A stretch of DNA of 64,000 bases. Origin: Syntrophales bacterium (lineage in GTDB: Bacteria > Desulfobacterota > Syntrophia > Syntrophales > UBA2210). Shown one piece after another: positions 7,665 through 18,696 of this stretch. The notes under the pieces are model-generated. The model searched no databases, was not told the origin of the DNA, and saw only the letters and a program-made list of their open reading frames with translations. Location: positions 2,080,001 to 2,144,000 of the forward strand of contig CAXXKT010000001.1 in the NCBI GenBank assembly GCA_963662405.2. The letters run 5' to 3'. Within the stretch, counting starts at the first letter, position 1; every line of letters begins with the position of its first letter. Position numbers and translations under genes: made by a program.

Positions 7665-8885
7665 GTGACAAAAGACAACGAAAATGCAATTATGATAGCG
7701 GCAAATCGAGAAATGGCCGTTGCTAGTGATGTCCAGGGTTTAATGCTCCAAATTAGACCTGAGTGGCAATCAAAAAATCTTGTTCAAAGAGTAGCAAAAT
7801 TGCTACCGGTCGATCCAAGTAGTGCATGTCAAAGGCTTTTTAATGCAGCTATTCACGACATCAAAAAGAAAATATTGGTGGCAGGCATCGACATCGCTAA
7901 AGAAGCAGCCACATCAAACAGGCTTCCTCAAATAAACCGTCCAGAGGATATAGAAGAATACAATGTCTCAAAGACAATAGATCTTGCGTATTATATGGGG
8001 TTATTATCCAGGCCCGAGTGGCGAAGAATTACACGCGTATATGATATACGAAGAGATTTAGAACACGAAGATGACGAATATGAGGCAACAATTGAAGATT
8101 GTTTTTACATCTTTAAAACATCCATTGAGGCTGTGCTGGCTAAAGACCCTATTGAGGTTATCAGATTAACCGATATCAAAGAAATTGTCGAACAACCAAC
8201 CGCTGTGACATTAGACCATACCGTCAGAGAAGAATATGGTGTTGCCCCTGCCGTTCGCCAAATTGAAATATACAAATTTCTCGTATCGACAGCTCTAAAC
8301 AGTAAGCATCCCGATATTGTGCGCCAGAATTGCTATATTTCTTTGGGTGTGCTTTCTCCACTAACGAAAGACCAGGTAAAAATTGAAGTTTCTCAGTTTT
8401 ATTCCGACAAAGTTAAAAGAAATGGGTTGGACTTATTTACAGCTCGTGTGTCATTCGCAGCTGGTATTCTACCTTACTTCAAGAAAAGCATATTAAAGAC
8501 ATTCTATGCCAGCTATTTGGAACATATGAAAACTGTTGGGTATGATTTCAAGAGAAATGATAAACATGGTACCCTCCTTCGTGAATTCAGGGAAATTGGC
8601 GGGCTCGAATTCTGCCATGATGAAGTCGTTCCGGGTATGATCGAGTGGCTCTGTCAATGCTATATCGGCGAGCGGAGTTTTGGTCGTTATTCAGAAAGCA
8701 GACCCGTTTTTTACTCTAATGTTGGTGCCCCGATTTCCAAAGAAATCCTTATAGACTCAAAGCACAAAGTCTCTCCATTGATTGAAAACATTATTAAAAA
8801 GAGTCAGCCGATTCAACGAGAATGCAAATGGAAACATTGTCAAAGAAGAGCACAGGATTTGATTGATGCTATGCTTCCAGTATAA
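7665..8885 (+). CDS. Hypothetical protein with an N-terminal HEPN-like domain
   Basis: 406-aa AT-rich ORF between attC-like sites; RRDLEH (R-x4-H) after a helical region. Confidence 0.7.
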   Translation: MTKDNENAIMIAANREMAVASDVQGLMLQIRPEWQSKNLVQRVAKLLPVDPSSACQRLFNAAIHDIKKKILVAGIDIAKEAATSNRLPQINRPEDIEEYNVSKTIDLAYYMGLLSRPEWRRITRVYDIRRDLEHEDDEYEATIEDCFYIFKTSIEAVLAKDPIEVIRLTDIKEIVEQPTAVTLDHTVREEYGVAPAVRQIEIYKFLVSTALNSKHPDIVRQNCYISLGVLSPLTKDQVKIEVSQFYSDKVKRNGLDLFTARVSFAAGILPYFKKSILKTFYASYLEHMKTVGYDFKRNDKHGTLLREFREIGGLEFCHDEVVPGMIEWLCQCYIGERSFGRYSESRPVFYSNVGAPISKEILIDSKHKVSPLIENIIKKSQPIQRECKWKHCQRRAQDLIDAMLPV

Positions 8886-8899
8886 GTTTGATAAAATCA

Positions 8900-8962
8900 T
8901 TTTAACAAGGCTTTTACAGCGGAGCGCAAAAAGCGGGCGCCCGCTGAAGAGTATGGTTGGAC
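8900..8962 (+). repeat. attC-like site 3
   Basis: TTTTAAC-AAGG-CTTTT(A)CAGCGG ... CCGCTGAAGAG-TATG-GTTGGAC, 14 nt after the stop codon. Confidence 0.7.
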
Positions 8963-9075
8963 TGGCATATAACATTGGTGGTATTCCGGCGACACCTCCC
9001 TTAATCATTTTTGCTATTGACAAGCCCCCTTTGTTCTGCTAGATAGAAACAAATTTTGGAGCAGTGGGTAGTATC

Positions 9076-9150
9076 ATGACACAGACAACCTCAGAACAAC
9101 ATAACTATTGGTGGTGGCGGATCTCGGAGGAGAGGTTCGTCTGCCGGTAG
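9076..9150 (+). CDS. trpL: trp operon leader peptide (MTQTTSEQHNYWWWRISEERFVCR)
   Basis: Three tandem TGG codons upstream of terminators and trpE. Confidence 0.88.
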   Translation: MTQTTSEQHNYWWWRISEERFVCR

Positions 9151-9172
9151 GTTCCTGAGTCATACAGATCGC

Positions 9173-9263
9173 AAGCCGCGGAGAATCTTTCCAGACTCCG
9201 CGGCTTTTTTGTTTTCAATACTGAATCCAGAAAGGCCGTGACCGATCACGGCCTTTTTTATTT
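9173..9263 (+). terminator. Two tandem attenuator terminator hairpins
   Basis: GCCGCGGAG...CTCCGCGGC-T6 and AAAGGCCGTGA...TCACGGCCTTT-TTT. Confidence 0.85.
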
Positions 9264-9283
9264 GAGAAACAGAGGTACCGCAT

Positions 9284-10792
9284 ATGTACAGTCCGTCTTT
9301 TGAGACATTTGAAAAACTGACCCGCGAAGGGAACCTGATCCCCGTTTACCGCGAGATCCTCGCTGACACGGAGACCCCTGTTTCGGTCCTGATGAAACTG
9401 CGTTCCCGGCGGCACGCCTTCCTCCTGGAGAGCGTCGAAGGGGGAGAGAAATGGGGGCGCTACACCTTCCTCGGGTCCGATCCCCGCGTGAAATTCCGCG
9501 TGAGAGGAGAAGAGGTCCTGATCCGGGAGAACGGAAGGGAAGAGAGCCGTGAACATAACGGCGATCCCATGCGTTTCCTGAGGGAACTGATGGCGCGCTA
9601 CCGCCCCGTCCAGGCGGAGGGCCTCCCGCGGTTCTACGGCGGGGCCGTGGGTTTCCTCGGTTACGATATGGTTCGCTACTTCGAGCGACTCCCCGCGCAG
9701 CCCGCGGACGACCTCGGCACCGACGACGCCGTCTTTCTTATCACGGACACACTGATCGTCTTCGATAACGTCCGGCACACGATCAAGGTTGTTGCCTGCG
9801 TCTGTACCGAGGGGGAAGAAGACCTCCGTGCTCTATACGAAGAGGGCCTGCGGGAGATCGAAGAGACGGTTGCCATGATCCAGGCGCCCCTCGAAGGACC
9901 GGATACTTCCCGTAAAAAAGCGGGCGATGCCACTCTCAGTTCGAATATGACGCCGGATGAGTACAAGGCCATGGTGGAGCGGGCGAAGGAGTACATCGTC
10001 GCCGGTGATATCATCCAGGCCGTCCTCTCGCAGCGGTTCGAGATGAAGAGCGACCGGGACCCCGTGGATCTCTACCGGGCCCTCCGGTACATCAATCCCT
10101 CTCCCTATCTCTTCTACCTCCAGTTCGACGATACGATCCTCATCGGTTCGTCCCCGGAGGTGATGGTCCGACACGAAGAGGGGGTCGTCGAACTCAGGCC
10201 CATCGCGGGGACACGGAAGAGGGGAAAAACCGAGCAGGAGGATCGTGCCCTTGCCGACGAACTCCTCCAGGACCCGAAGGAACGGGCGGAGCACGTCATG
10301 CTCGTCGATCTGGGGAGGAACGACCTGGGGCGGATCGCCCAGACCGGGAGCGTCCAGGTCAACCAGTTGATGACGGTGGAGCGGTACTCCCACGTCATGC
10401 ACCTCGTCTCCAACATCCAGGCCCACCTGGCACGGGGAAAGGACTGCTTCGATGTCCTGGCGGCCACTTTTCCGGCGGGGACCCTCTCGGGGGCGCCGAA
10501 GGTCCGGGCCATGGAGATCATCGACGAGTTGGAACCGACCCGGCGGGGGCCGTACGGCGGGGCCGTTGGCTACTTCAGCTACACGGGGAACATGGACCTG
10601 TGCATCACGATCAGGACCATGACCGTGAAGGATGGAAAGATCTACGTCCAGGTCGGCGCGGGGATCGTCGCCGACTCCGATCCGGACGCGGAATACCAGG
10701 AAACAGTCAACAAGGGCGCGGGGATGATGCAGGCCATCAGGCTGGTCGACTCCCGGTTCGAAATTCTACACAGCAATGGAGAAAAGAAATGA
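9284..10792 (+). CDS. trpE: Anthranilate synthase component I
   Basis: LLES, NPSPY, SSPE, PIAGT, EHVMLVDLGRND motifs. Confidence 0.97.
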   Translation: MYSPSFETFEKLTREGNLIPVYREILADTETPVSVLMKLRSRRHAFLLESVEGGEKWGRYTFLGSDPRVKFRVRGEEVLIRENGREESREHNGDPMRFLRELMARYRPVQAEGLPRFYGGAVGFLGYDMVRYFERLPAQPADDLGTDDAVFLITDTLIVFDNVRHTIKVVACVCTEGEEDLRALYEEGLREIEETVAMIQAPLEGPDTSRKKAGDATLSSNMTPDEYKAMVERAKEYIVAGDIIQAVLSQRFEMKSDRDPVDLYRALRYINPSPYLFYLQFDDTILIGSSPEVMVRHEEGVVELRPIAGTRKRGKTEQEDRALADELLQDPKERAEHVMLVDLGRNDLGRIAQTGSVQVNQLMTVERYSHVMHLVSNIQAHLARGKDCFDVLAATFPAGTLSGAPKVRAMEIIDELEPTRRGPYGGAVGYFSYTGNMDLCITIRTMTVKDGKIYVQVGAGIVADSDPDAEYQETVNKGAGMMQAIRLVDSRFEILHSNGEKK

Positions 10793-11370
10793 TTCTGATG
10801 ATCGACAACTATGATTCGTTTACCTACAACCTCGTCCAGTATCTCGAACAGATGGGCGAAGAGGTAATGGTCTATCGTAACGACGAGGTCACCCTCGACC
10901 AGATCGAGGAGATGCATCCCGACGCGATCTTCCTGTCCCCCGGTCCCGGTTCCCCCGAAGGGGCGGGGATCACCGTGGATGTGATCAGGCGCTTTCACGC
11001 CACGATCCCCATCATGGGGATCTGCCTGGGGCACCAGGCCATCGGCTACGCCTTCGGCGCCGATGTGGTCAGGGCCGGCAGGCTGATGCACGGCAAGACA
11101 TCGGGGATCATCAATGACGGCAAGACGATCTTCAAGGGAGTCCCCAGCCCCTTCGAGGCGGGGCGGTACCATTCGCTGATCCTGCGCAGGGAATCGATGC
11201 CTCCCTGTCTCGAAATCAGCGCCGAGACGGAGGAAGGGGAGATCATGGGCGTCCGGCACCATGAATACCCGGTGGAGGGAATCCAGTTTCACCCCGAATC
11301 GATCCTGACACCGAACGGGAAGAGAGTCATCAAAAATTTCATCACAATGAGGAGGGGGTACGTGTCATGA
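10789..11370 (+). CDS. trpG: Anthranilate synthase component II
   Basis: [29 protein letters not shown]. Confidence 0.96.
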   Translation: MILMIDNYDSFTYNLVQYLEQMGEEVMVYRNDEVTLDQIEEMHPDAIFLSPGPGSPEGAGITVDVIRRFHATIPIMGICLGHQAIGYAFGADVVRAGRLMHGKTSGIINDGKTIFKGVPSPFEAGRYHSLILRRESMPPCLEISAETEEGEIMGVRHHEYPVEGIQFHPESILTPNGKRVIKNFITMRRGYVS

Positions 11371-12377
11371 TCAGAGAGGCGATCGGAAAGGTAGTCGGCG
11401 GGGAAAACCTCACGGAACGGGAGATGATGGCGGTGATGGACGAGGTGATGGAAGGGAAGGCGACGGACGCGCAGATCGCCTCATTCATGACGGCCCTGCG
11501 GCTTAAGGGGGAGACGGTCCAGGAGGTGACCGGGGCGGCCCGGGTCATGCGGCAGAAGGCGACGCGGATCGATGCCCGTTCGTCGGTTATCGTGGACACC
11601 TGCGGGACCGGGGGTGACGGGATGAATACCTTCAACATCTCCACCACGGCGGCGTTCGTCGTGGCGGCGGCGGGGATTACCGTGGCGAAACACGGCAACC
11701 GTGCCGTCTCCAGCGGTTGCGGGAGCGCGGATGTCCTCGAGGCCCTCGGCGTCAATATCGGTGTCGGCCCGGAGATCGTGGAGGAATGCGTCCAGCAGAT
11801 CGGGATCGGCTTTCTCTTCGCACCCCGGCTCCACGGCGCCATGAAGTACGCCATCGGACCGCGCCGGGAGATCGGGATACGGACCATATTCAATATGCTG
11901 GGACCGCTGACCAACCCGGCCGGGGCGACCTCCCAGTTGATCGGGGTCTACGATCCGTCGCTGACGGAGATGTTCGCCGGTGTCCTGAAGAACCTGGGAA
12001 CGAAGCGCGCCTTCGTGGTGCACGGCTCGGACGGCCTCGACGAGGCGACGGTGACGGGAGAGACGCGTGTTTCCGAACTGAAGGACGGTCTCATCACTAC
12101 CTACAACATCAATCCGATTGACTCTTTCGGCAATGTGTACACGGTCGAAGATCTTCGCGGAGGAGATGCCTCGGTAAACGCGCAGATCACGAAAGATATC
12201 CTGTCGGGTAAAAACGGGGCCCGCCGGAAGATCACGGTACTCAATGCCGGCCTTGCCATCGTGGCGGGGGAGAAGGCGGATACCGTTCAGGAGGGAATCA
12301 AACTGGCCGAGGAATGTATCGACAGCGGGGCGGCGATCAAGAAGCTGCAGGCCCTGATCGAGATGAGCAACAGTTGA
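11367..12377 (+). CDS. trpD: Anthranilate phosphoribosyltransferase
   Basis: [23 protein letters not shown]. Confidence 0.97.
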   Translation: MIREAIGKVVGGENLTEREMMAVMDEVMEGKATDAQIASFMTALRLKGETVQEVTGAARVMRQKATRIDARSSVIVDTCGTGGDGMNTFNISTTAAFVVAAAGITVAKHGNRAVSSGCGSADVLEALGVNIGVGPEIVEECVQQIGIGFLFAPRLHGAMKYAIGPRREIGIRTIFNMLGPLTNPAGATSQLIGVYDPSLTEMFAGVLKNLGTKRAFVVHGSDGLDEATVTGETRVSELKDGLITTYNINPIDSFGNVYTVEDLRGGDASVNAQITKDILSGKNGARRKITVLNAGLAIVAGEKADTVQEGIKLAEECIDSGAAIKKLQALIEMSNS

Positions 12378-12385
12378 GCGGGGCT

Positions 12386-13159
12386 ATGATCTTAGACGAA
12401 ATAGTACAGGTGAAGCGGGCGGAGGTTGCGCGCCTGAGGGAGAAGACCTTCCTCGGTGCCATGCGGGAGGCGGCGCTGGATATGCCTCTTCCCCGGGACT
12501 TCAGGGGGGCGATCGAGGGCTCCCCCTGCGCCGTCATCGCGGAGGTGAAGCGGACCTCCCCGTCAAAGGGGAGGATCAGGGAGGATTTCGATCATCTCGC
12601 AATCGCCACCCTTTATGAGGAGAACGGTGCGGCGGCAATCTCCGTCCTGACGGACGAGACCTTTTTCGAGGGAAAAAGGGAATACCTTTCCGAGATCAAG
12701 GGGCGGGTCTCGCTCCCCATTCTCAGGAAGGATTTCATCATCGACCCGTATCAGGTCTGCGAAACGCGCATCATCGGCGCCGATGCCGTCCTTCTCATCG
12801 CCGCTATCCTGGACGGGCCGGATCTGGGGAATCTGATAGAACTGGCAGAGGAACTGGACCTCACCCCCCTGGTCGAGGTCCACTGTAGAGAGGAACTGAA
12901 GCGGGCGGTGGACGCCGGGGCGCAGGTCATCGGGATCAACAACCGGAATCTGCAGACCTTCGTGACGGATCTGGAGACCACACGGGAACTGGCTCCCCTC
13001 GTCCCCGAAGGACGGATCGTGATCAGCGAGAGCGGAATCGGGGGGCGGGGTGACATCGAACGGCTTATGCGGGGAGGTGTCCACGCATTTCTCGTCGGCG
13101 AGACGCTGATGCGGGCCCCCGATGTGGGGACCAAACTGAGAGAGCTTCTGGGAGAGTGA
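12386..13159 (+). CDS. trpC: Indole-3-glycerol phosphate synthase
   Basis: IAEVKRTSPSKG, LRKDFI, GINNRNL, SESGI. Confidence 0.97.
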   Translation: MILDEIVQVKRAEVARLREKTFLGAMREAALDMPLPRDFRGAIEGSPCAVIAEVKRTSPSKGRIREDFDHLAIATLYEENGAAAISVLTDETFFEGKREYLSEIKGRVSLPILRKDFIIDPYQVCETRIIGADAVLLIAAILDGPDLGNLIELAEELDLTPLVEVHCREELKRAVDAGAQVIGINNRNLQTFVTDLETTRELAPLVPEGRIVISESGIGGRGDIERLMRGGVHAFLVGETLMRAPDVGTKLRELLGE

Positions 13160-13169
13160 GGAACAACCG

Positions 13170-13844
13170 ATGACCGAAATAAAGATCTGCGGCATCACCA
13201 CCCTTGACGACGCCCTGACTGTCTATGAGGCAGGTGCCGATGCCCTGGGATTCATCTTCTACCCGAAGAGCCCTCGCTGCGTGCCGCCGAAGCCCGCACG
13301 GGAGATCATCACGGCCCTTCCTCGCGGTATCGCGAAGGTCGGGGTGTTCGTCAACGAGGACCCCGAGCGTGTCGTAAAGATCGCCCAATCGTGCGATCTC
13401 GATCTTCTCCAGTTTCACGGAACCGAGGCACCGAGCTACTGCCGCCAGTTTCCGGCATCGATGGTGATCAAGGCCTTTTTACCCCGAACCGCGGCCGACC
13501 TCGAAAGTGTGGCGGATTACCCGGTGCGGGCGATCCTCGTGGATGCCTTCGCGCCCGGTCTCTACGGCGGGACGGGAAAGGTGTCGAACTGGGAACTGGC
13601 CCGCGAGATCGGGGAGAAGTATCCCCTGATTCTCTCCGGCGGGCTGAATGAGCGGAACATAGAAGAGGCGATCGAATCGGTCTCGCCGGATGCCGTCGAC
13701 ATCAACAGCGGCGTCGAATTCGCACCGGGGAGGAAGGATCACGCAAAGATTATTAGAATCATAAGAACAATCCGCCAATGTGGTCGGAACGGCGGCGGAA
13801 AAGGAACACATATCTTTAGAATCGAGGACGGAACGATACAATGA
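13170..13844 (+). CDS. trpF: Phosphoribosylanthranilate isomerase
   Basis: IKICGIT, QFHG, GGTG, DINSGVE. Confidence 0.96.
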   Translation: MTEIKICGITTLDDALTVYEAGADALGFIFYPKSPRCVPPKPAREIITALPRGIAKVGVFVNEDPERVVKIAQSCDLDLLQFHGTEAPSYCRQFPASMVIKAFLPRTAADLESVADYPVRAILVDAFAPGLYGGTGKVSNWELAREIGEKYPLILSGGLNERNIEEAIESVSPDAVDINSGVEFAPGRKDHAKIIRIIRTIRQCGRNGGGKGTHIFRIEDGTIQ

Positions 13845-15037
13845 GAACCATGCCTGACAAAAACGGCCACTTCGGTCTCTTCGGGGGGCGCTACGCGGCG
13901 GAGACGCTGATGCCTGCCCTTCTGGAGCTGGAGGAGGCCTACCGCGACGCGAAGAAGGATCCGGCCTTCAAGAAGGAGCTTGCCTCTTATCTCCGTGAAT
14001 ACTCGGGCCGCCGGACCCCGCTCTACCTCGCGAAGGGGCTCATGGAAAAGACGGGGGGTGCCCGGGTTTACCTGAAGCGTGAAGACCTCAATCATACAGG
14101 GGCCCACAAGATCAACAACACCCTGGGGCAGGCCCTCCTCGCGAAGAGGATGGGGAAGACGAGGATCATGGCGGAGACGGGGGCCGGCCAGCACGGCGTG
14201 GCGACCGCGACCGCGGCGGCCCTCTTCGGGATGGAGTGCCGGGTCTTCATGGGCGAGGAGGATATCCACAGGCAGGCGCCCAATGTCATGCGGATGAAGA
14301 TCCTGGGCGCGGAGGTTATTCCCGTCTCGTCCGGGACCGGGACGCTCAAGGACGCCATGAACGAGGCGATGCGCCAGTGGGTCTCCCATGTGAAGGACAC
14401 CTTCTACATCATCGGCAGCACGGCGGGTCCCCACCCCTATCCGATGATGGTACGCGACTTCCAGACCGTGATCGGGAAAGAGACGAGGCGACAGATTCTG
14501 AAGGCGGAGGGGAGGCTTCCCGATGTCCTGATTGCCTGCGTGGGCGGCGGGAGCAACGCCATGGGCCTCTTCTGGCCCTTCCGGAATGATCCGGGCGTCG
14601 AGCTGATCGGCGTGGAGGCCGCGGGGTTTGGCATCGAGACGGGGAAACACGCGGCGAGCATATCGGCGGGGAGGCTCGGTGTCCTCCACGGGAACAAGAC
14701 GTATCTTCTCCAGGACGACGGCGGCCAGGTATGCGATGCCTCTTCCATCGCGGCGGGTCTCGATTATCCCGGCGTCGGTCCGGAGCACAGCCACTTCCAC
14801 GAGACGGGGCGGGCCCGGTACGTGACGATAGACGACGATGAGGCCCTTGACGCCTTCCTGACCCTGTCGCGGTGCGAGGGGATCATCCCCGCCATGGAGA
14901 GCGCGCACGCCGTCGCCTACGCGATGAAGCTCGCTCCCACGGTGGATCGTGACAAAATCATCATCGTCAACCTGTCGGGCAGAGGGGATAAGGACCTCGG
15001 CATCATCGAAGAGAGAGGGGAGGGTGGACTGGCGTGA
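13841..15037 (+). CDS. trpB: Tryptophan synthase beta chain
   Basis: [30 protein letters not shown]. Confidence 0.98.
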   Translation: MRTMPDKNGHFGLFGGRYAAETLMPALLELEEAYRDAKKDPAFKKELASYLREYSGRRTPLYLAKGLMEKTGGARVYLKREDLNHTGAHKINNTLGQALLAKRMGKTRIMAETGAGQHGVATATAAALFGMECRVFMGEEDIHRQAPNVMRMKILGAEVIPVSSGTGTLKDAMNEAMRQWVSHVKDTFYIIGSTAGPHPYPMMVRDFQTVIGKETRRQILKAEGRLPDVLIACVGGGSNAMGLFWPFRNDPGVELIGVEAAGFGIETGKHAASISAGRLGVLHGNKTYLLQDDGGQVCDASSIAAGLDYPGVGPEHSHFHETGRARYVTIDDDEALDAFLTLSRCEGIIPAMESAHAVAYAMKLAPTVDRDKIIIVNLSGRGDKDLGIIEERGEGGLA

Positions 15038-15837
15038 GCAGGATCGAAGAGAGATTCACAGAATTGAGGAAAGAGGGGTCGAAGGCCCTCATCGCCTACC
15101 TGACGGCAGGAGACCCGGACCTGGAGACGACACGGGAGATTATCCTCGCGCTGGACAGCGCGGGGGTCGATATCATCGAGATCGGCGTCCCCTTCTCCGA
15201 CCCGACGGCCGACGGTCCCATCATCCAGGCCGCCTCTTATCGCGCTCTCCAGGCGGGTGCGACCCTGACCGGCATACTGGAGATGATCGAAGCGGTCAGA
15301 CAGGTCAGCGAGATACCGGTTGTCCTCTTCGGGTATTACAACCCGATTCTCAGCTACGGGAACGAACGCTTCGCGAGGCGGGCGCGGGAGGCCGGCGTCG
15401 ACGGGATCCTGGTTGTCGATCTCCCCCCGGAGGAGGCCGGCGAACTGAGGCAATATACGGACCCGGCGGGGATTGATTTTATTTCACTCATCGCCCCGAC
15501 GACCACCGATGAGCGGATCAGGACGATCGCGAACAGTTCCGGCGGATTTTTGTACTACATCTCCATTACCGGCGTCACCGGGACGGCGAAGCCGAAAGTG
15601 TCTGATATCCAGAGAGATGTGAGGCGGATACGGGCCATCACGGATCTGCCGGTCGCGGTCGGGTTCGGGATATCCACCCCCGAACAGGCCCGCGATATCG
15701 CGCCCCACGCCGACGGGATCGTGATCGGGAGCGCCGTTGTGAGACTGATCGAGGAGGATGCCGGCGCGAATAACGGGGTGAATATCGTCGCCGGTTATGC
15801 TAGAGATATCAAGGCAGCCATTTCAGGCACACGCTAA
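15034..15837 (+). CDS. trpA: Tryptophan synthase alpha chain
   Basis: [26 protein letters not shown]. Confidence 0.98.
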   Translation: MSRIEERFTELRKEGSKALIAYLTAGDPDLETTREIILALDSAGVDIIEIGVPFSDPTADGPIIQAASYRALQAGATLTGILEMIEAVRQVSEIPVVLFGYYNPILSYGNERFARRAREAGVDGILVVDLPPEEAGELRQYTDPAGIDFISLIAPTTTDERIRTIANSSGGFLYYISITGVTGTAKPKVSDIQRDVRRIRAITDLPVAVGFGISTPEQARDIAPHADGIVIGSAVVRLIEEDAGANNGVNIVAGYARDIKAAISGTR

Positions 15838-15858
15838 AGCGCATCCGAGAGGGAACAG

Positions 15859-16623
15859 ATGGACACATTCGAGATAGGGATCATCGGCGGCACCGGCGGG
15901 ATCGGGCGGTGGTTCGCCGATTTCTTCCGGGGGGAGGGGTACACCGTCCACGTATCGGGACGGACGAGCGGGATGGGTCCGGATGATATGGCCCGGACCT
16001 GCGGGGTCGTGATCGTCAGCGTCCCGATCAATGCCACCGCCGCCACCATCGAAGAGATCGGCCTGCGGATGCCGGAGGGGTCCCTCTTGATGGACTTCAC
16101 CTCCCTGAAGGCGGAGCCGGTAAGGGCAATGCTGAAATCCTCCCGGTCGGAGGTGCTGGGGTGCCACCCTCTTTTCGGTCCGGATGTCCCCTCGATCAAC
16201 GAATTGAATGTTGTGATGTGCCCCGCGCGGGTCGATCGCTGGGCGGGCTGGCCGGATGAGCTCTTCCGGAAACGGGGTGCCCGTGTCTTCGAGACGACAC
16301 CGGAGCGGCACGACGAGGTGATGTCCGTCGTCCAGGTGCTGAACCACCTGGACACCATCGTCATGGCCCTTGCTTTGAAGCAGACCGGTATCGACCACGA
16401 AGATCTGAAGCGATTCTCCACCCCCATCTTCGACACGAAACTGGCCATCATCGAGAAGGTATGCGGGAACAACCCCCGGCTCTACGCCGACATCATCACG
16501 GGAAACCCGGATATCGCCACTATTATAACGACTTACGAACAAAGCCTCTCCCGCCTCAAAACACTGGTCGAGAAGGACGATGCCGAGGGGCTGGCGGAGC
16601 TGATCCGCGGCACACTCGCATAG
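15859..16623 (+). CDS. tyrA: Prephenate/arogenate dehydrogenase
   Basis: GIIGGTGGIG, DFTSLK, HPLFGP, HDEVMSVVQ. Confidence 0.9.
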   Translation: MDTFEIGIIGGTGGIGRWFADFFRGEGYTVHVSGRTSGMGPDDMARTCGVVIVSVPINATAATIEEIGLRMPEGSLLMDFTSLKAEPVRAMLKSSRSEVLGCHPLFGPDVPSINELNVVMCPARVDRWAGWPDELFRKRGARVFETTPERHDEVMSVVQVLNHLDTIVMALALKQTGIDHEDLKRFSTPIFDTKLAIIEKVCGNNPRLYADIITGNPDIATIITTYEQSLSRLKTLVEKDDAEGLAELIRGTLA

Positions 16624-16711
16624 TTATCCGGTTGCGAGGGGAAAGACCGGTACCGTTCACCGACAGTGACGGGAAGGCGAAGACCTTTTAGAAACAGATA
16701 GAGGAAACAGG

Positions 16712-17434
16712 ATGTCCAATCATATAACCGGTGTCACGCTCCTGCAGGAGAAATTCCCGACGGATGAACAGTATCCCTTTTCGCTGTCGACCTTTCAGCA
16801 GACAACGCACTTGCCCTTCGATACACCCGTCACGCTCTTTGTCGGTGAGAACGGCACGGGGAAATCGACATTGCTGGAGGCCTTGGCACGTGCCTGTAAT
16901 ATCCATATCTGGAACAGGTCGGAGCGTCCGAGGGCCCGGGCAAACCGGTACGAACAGCTCCTGTACGCGTGCCTTCGCGTCGATTGGGCAAACGGTCGCG
17001 TCCCCGGTGCGTTTTTTGGTTCGGAGACATTCAGAGACTTCGCCGATATCGTTGAGGAATGGACCGTCTCCGACCCCGGCCAGCTGAAGTATTTCGGCGG
17101 CAAGTCGCTGGTGACGCAGTCCCACGGTCAGTCCATCATGTCCTATTTTCGGGCGCGGTATAAGATACAGGGTCTGTACCTCCTTGATGAGCCGGAGACG
17201 GCCCTCTCTCCTCGCAGTCAGCTGGAACTCCTCGAGATCATCGGAGAGAACAGCCGGGCCGGGCACGCCCAGTTTATTATCGCCACGCACTCACCGATTC
17301 TCCTTTCATGCGATGGCGCGACCATCTACAGTTTTGATTCCGTGCCGGTCCGATCCATCGGATATGAGGAGACCGATCATTATGGGGTGTACCGGCAGTT
17401 TCTCCTTTGTCGGCGGAATGAGCTGAAGGGGTGA
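16712..17434 (+). CDS. ABC/AAA-type ATPase
   Basis: GENGTGKST, SHGQS, LLDEPE, ATHSP. Confidence 0.9.
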   Translation: MSNHITGVTLLQEKFPTDEQYPFSLSTFQQTTHLPFDTPVTLFVGENGTGKSTLLEALARACNIHIWNRSERPRARANRYEQLLYACLRVDWANGRVPGAFFGSETFRDFADIVEEWTVSDPGQLKYFGGKSLVTQSHGQSIMSYFRARYKIQGLYLLDEPETALSPRSQLELLEIIGENSRAGHAQFIIATHSPILLSCDGATIYSFDSVPVRSIGYEETDHYGVYRQFLLCRRNELKG

Positions 17435-17968
17435 AATGGAAACCCCTCGCTTGGGGCGGATCTATGGACGACATCGTGATTCTGATGATATCCGTTGCCG
17501 CTTTGAACATCGCGGGATATTCCGCTATGTTCACCTGTGGCCGAATACCTCCGGGCCGGGATCGTTGCTGTACCGGTCGAACATAGGGGTCGATGCCTTT
17601 GACTTCGGGAAGACTGTACTCATGGATGGAAGGGTGATTGTTCGCTCCGACGATCTCTTCCTGATTTTGAACAGGTCGATTTCTACGGCCCGATCGGGGG
17701 AGATCCGGAACAGTATCTCAGAAGTGCCCTTCTGGAACCGGCGCCGCACTACTCGGGAAATGACATTGCGGAGATCTCTTGCCTGGACGGCCTCGCCCTC
17801 TTTCCTCTCTATTCGCTGACCGGCACGCAGAGACCGGGCAACGTCCTGACGGACCCGGAACGGCCCCCTGTGACTTTCGTAAATTTGTCCAATGAATACT
17901 TGCGGTCTCAGGAGAGGGGAAGTACAATTAGCACCATTATATAACAAATCGAGGTGAAGGGGAGATTC

Positions 17969-18079
17969 ATGGCTAAGGGAAGAGATGCTCAAAAAACGGA
18001 AAAGAAAAAATCGGCAAAGACGTTGAAAGAAAAGCGCACCGAGAAAAAGGAAAAGAAGGCCCAGAAGGATAAGATTTGA
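17969..18079 (+). CDS. Small Lys-rich protein, 36 aa (MAKGRDAQKTEKKKSAKTLKEKR...)
   Basis: GGGGAG SD upstream; below the ORF-track length cutoff. Confidence 0.65.
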   Translation: MAKGRDAQKTEKKKSAKTLKEKRTEKKEKKAQKDKI

Positions 18080-18696
18080 TTGAAAGGGCGGGCACGGTGA
18101 TATCTTTCCTTATCGAAATCGAGGTATTACGTGCTATGGGATCATGTGAATCCGACGATATGCGAAGCTGGCAGGGCGCGGGGATGTTACCGGTTTCGGT
18201 GTTCCTATGATTATTGTGTGTCACCCGGTCTTGGATTCTTCCCATATTCTTTGACAGGCGTACGGGAGTGTGATAGAAGCGCCGCTCTGCTGAGTCGTCG
18301 CATAGACATATTCTGAACATACGCTTCATCATGGTACATTCGAATAATGCGATTATGGCGTTTTGGAGGAAGACGCATTGGTTGCGTGATGGTGTGCCGT
18401 CTGCTGCTTGAACACAAGACGATAATCTGACAGTTGCCGATACAGCCTGGGTTTTGAGAGAGGTTGCGTAAACGGATAGTCCGTGAAAATCGAGGGATCG
18501 GTGAAATATACCCTGGCGGCAAACGGTTGGAACTCCGAGGCCTGGCAGGACGTTACCTTCTGCCTGTATCGCATAGTGTGATCTGTTTCCAGGTATGATT
18601 CTCGCGCACATCATACGTCCATGAACGCATGGCGAGTTTAAAGACATATTGTCGAAATGACTACAGTAAGAATAAGAAACTATGGGGAGGAACAGA

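Noticed and set aside
9215..16542. Long antisense and alternate-frame ORFs over the trp genes (also 20276-21745, 29521-30570, 35604-36641, 41142-42317, 60691-62202)
   Set aside because: Shadow ORFs expected from GC-rich codon bias opposite well-supported genes; no motifs.
17436..17992. Overlapping ORFs on both strands after the ATPase
   Set aside because: No recognisable motifs; I cannot choose a frame.
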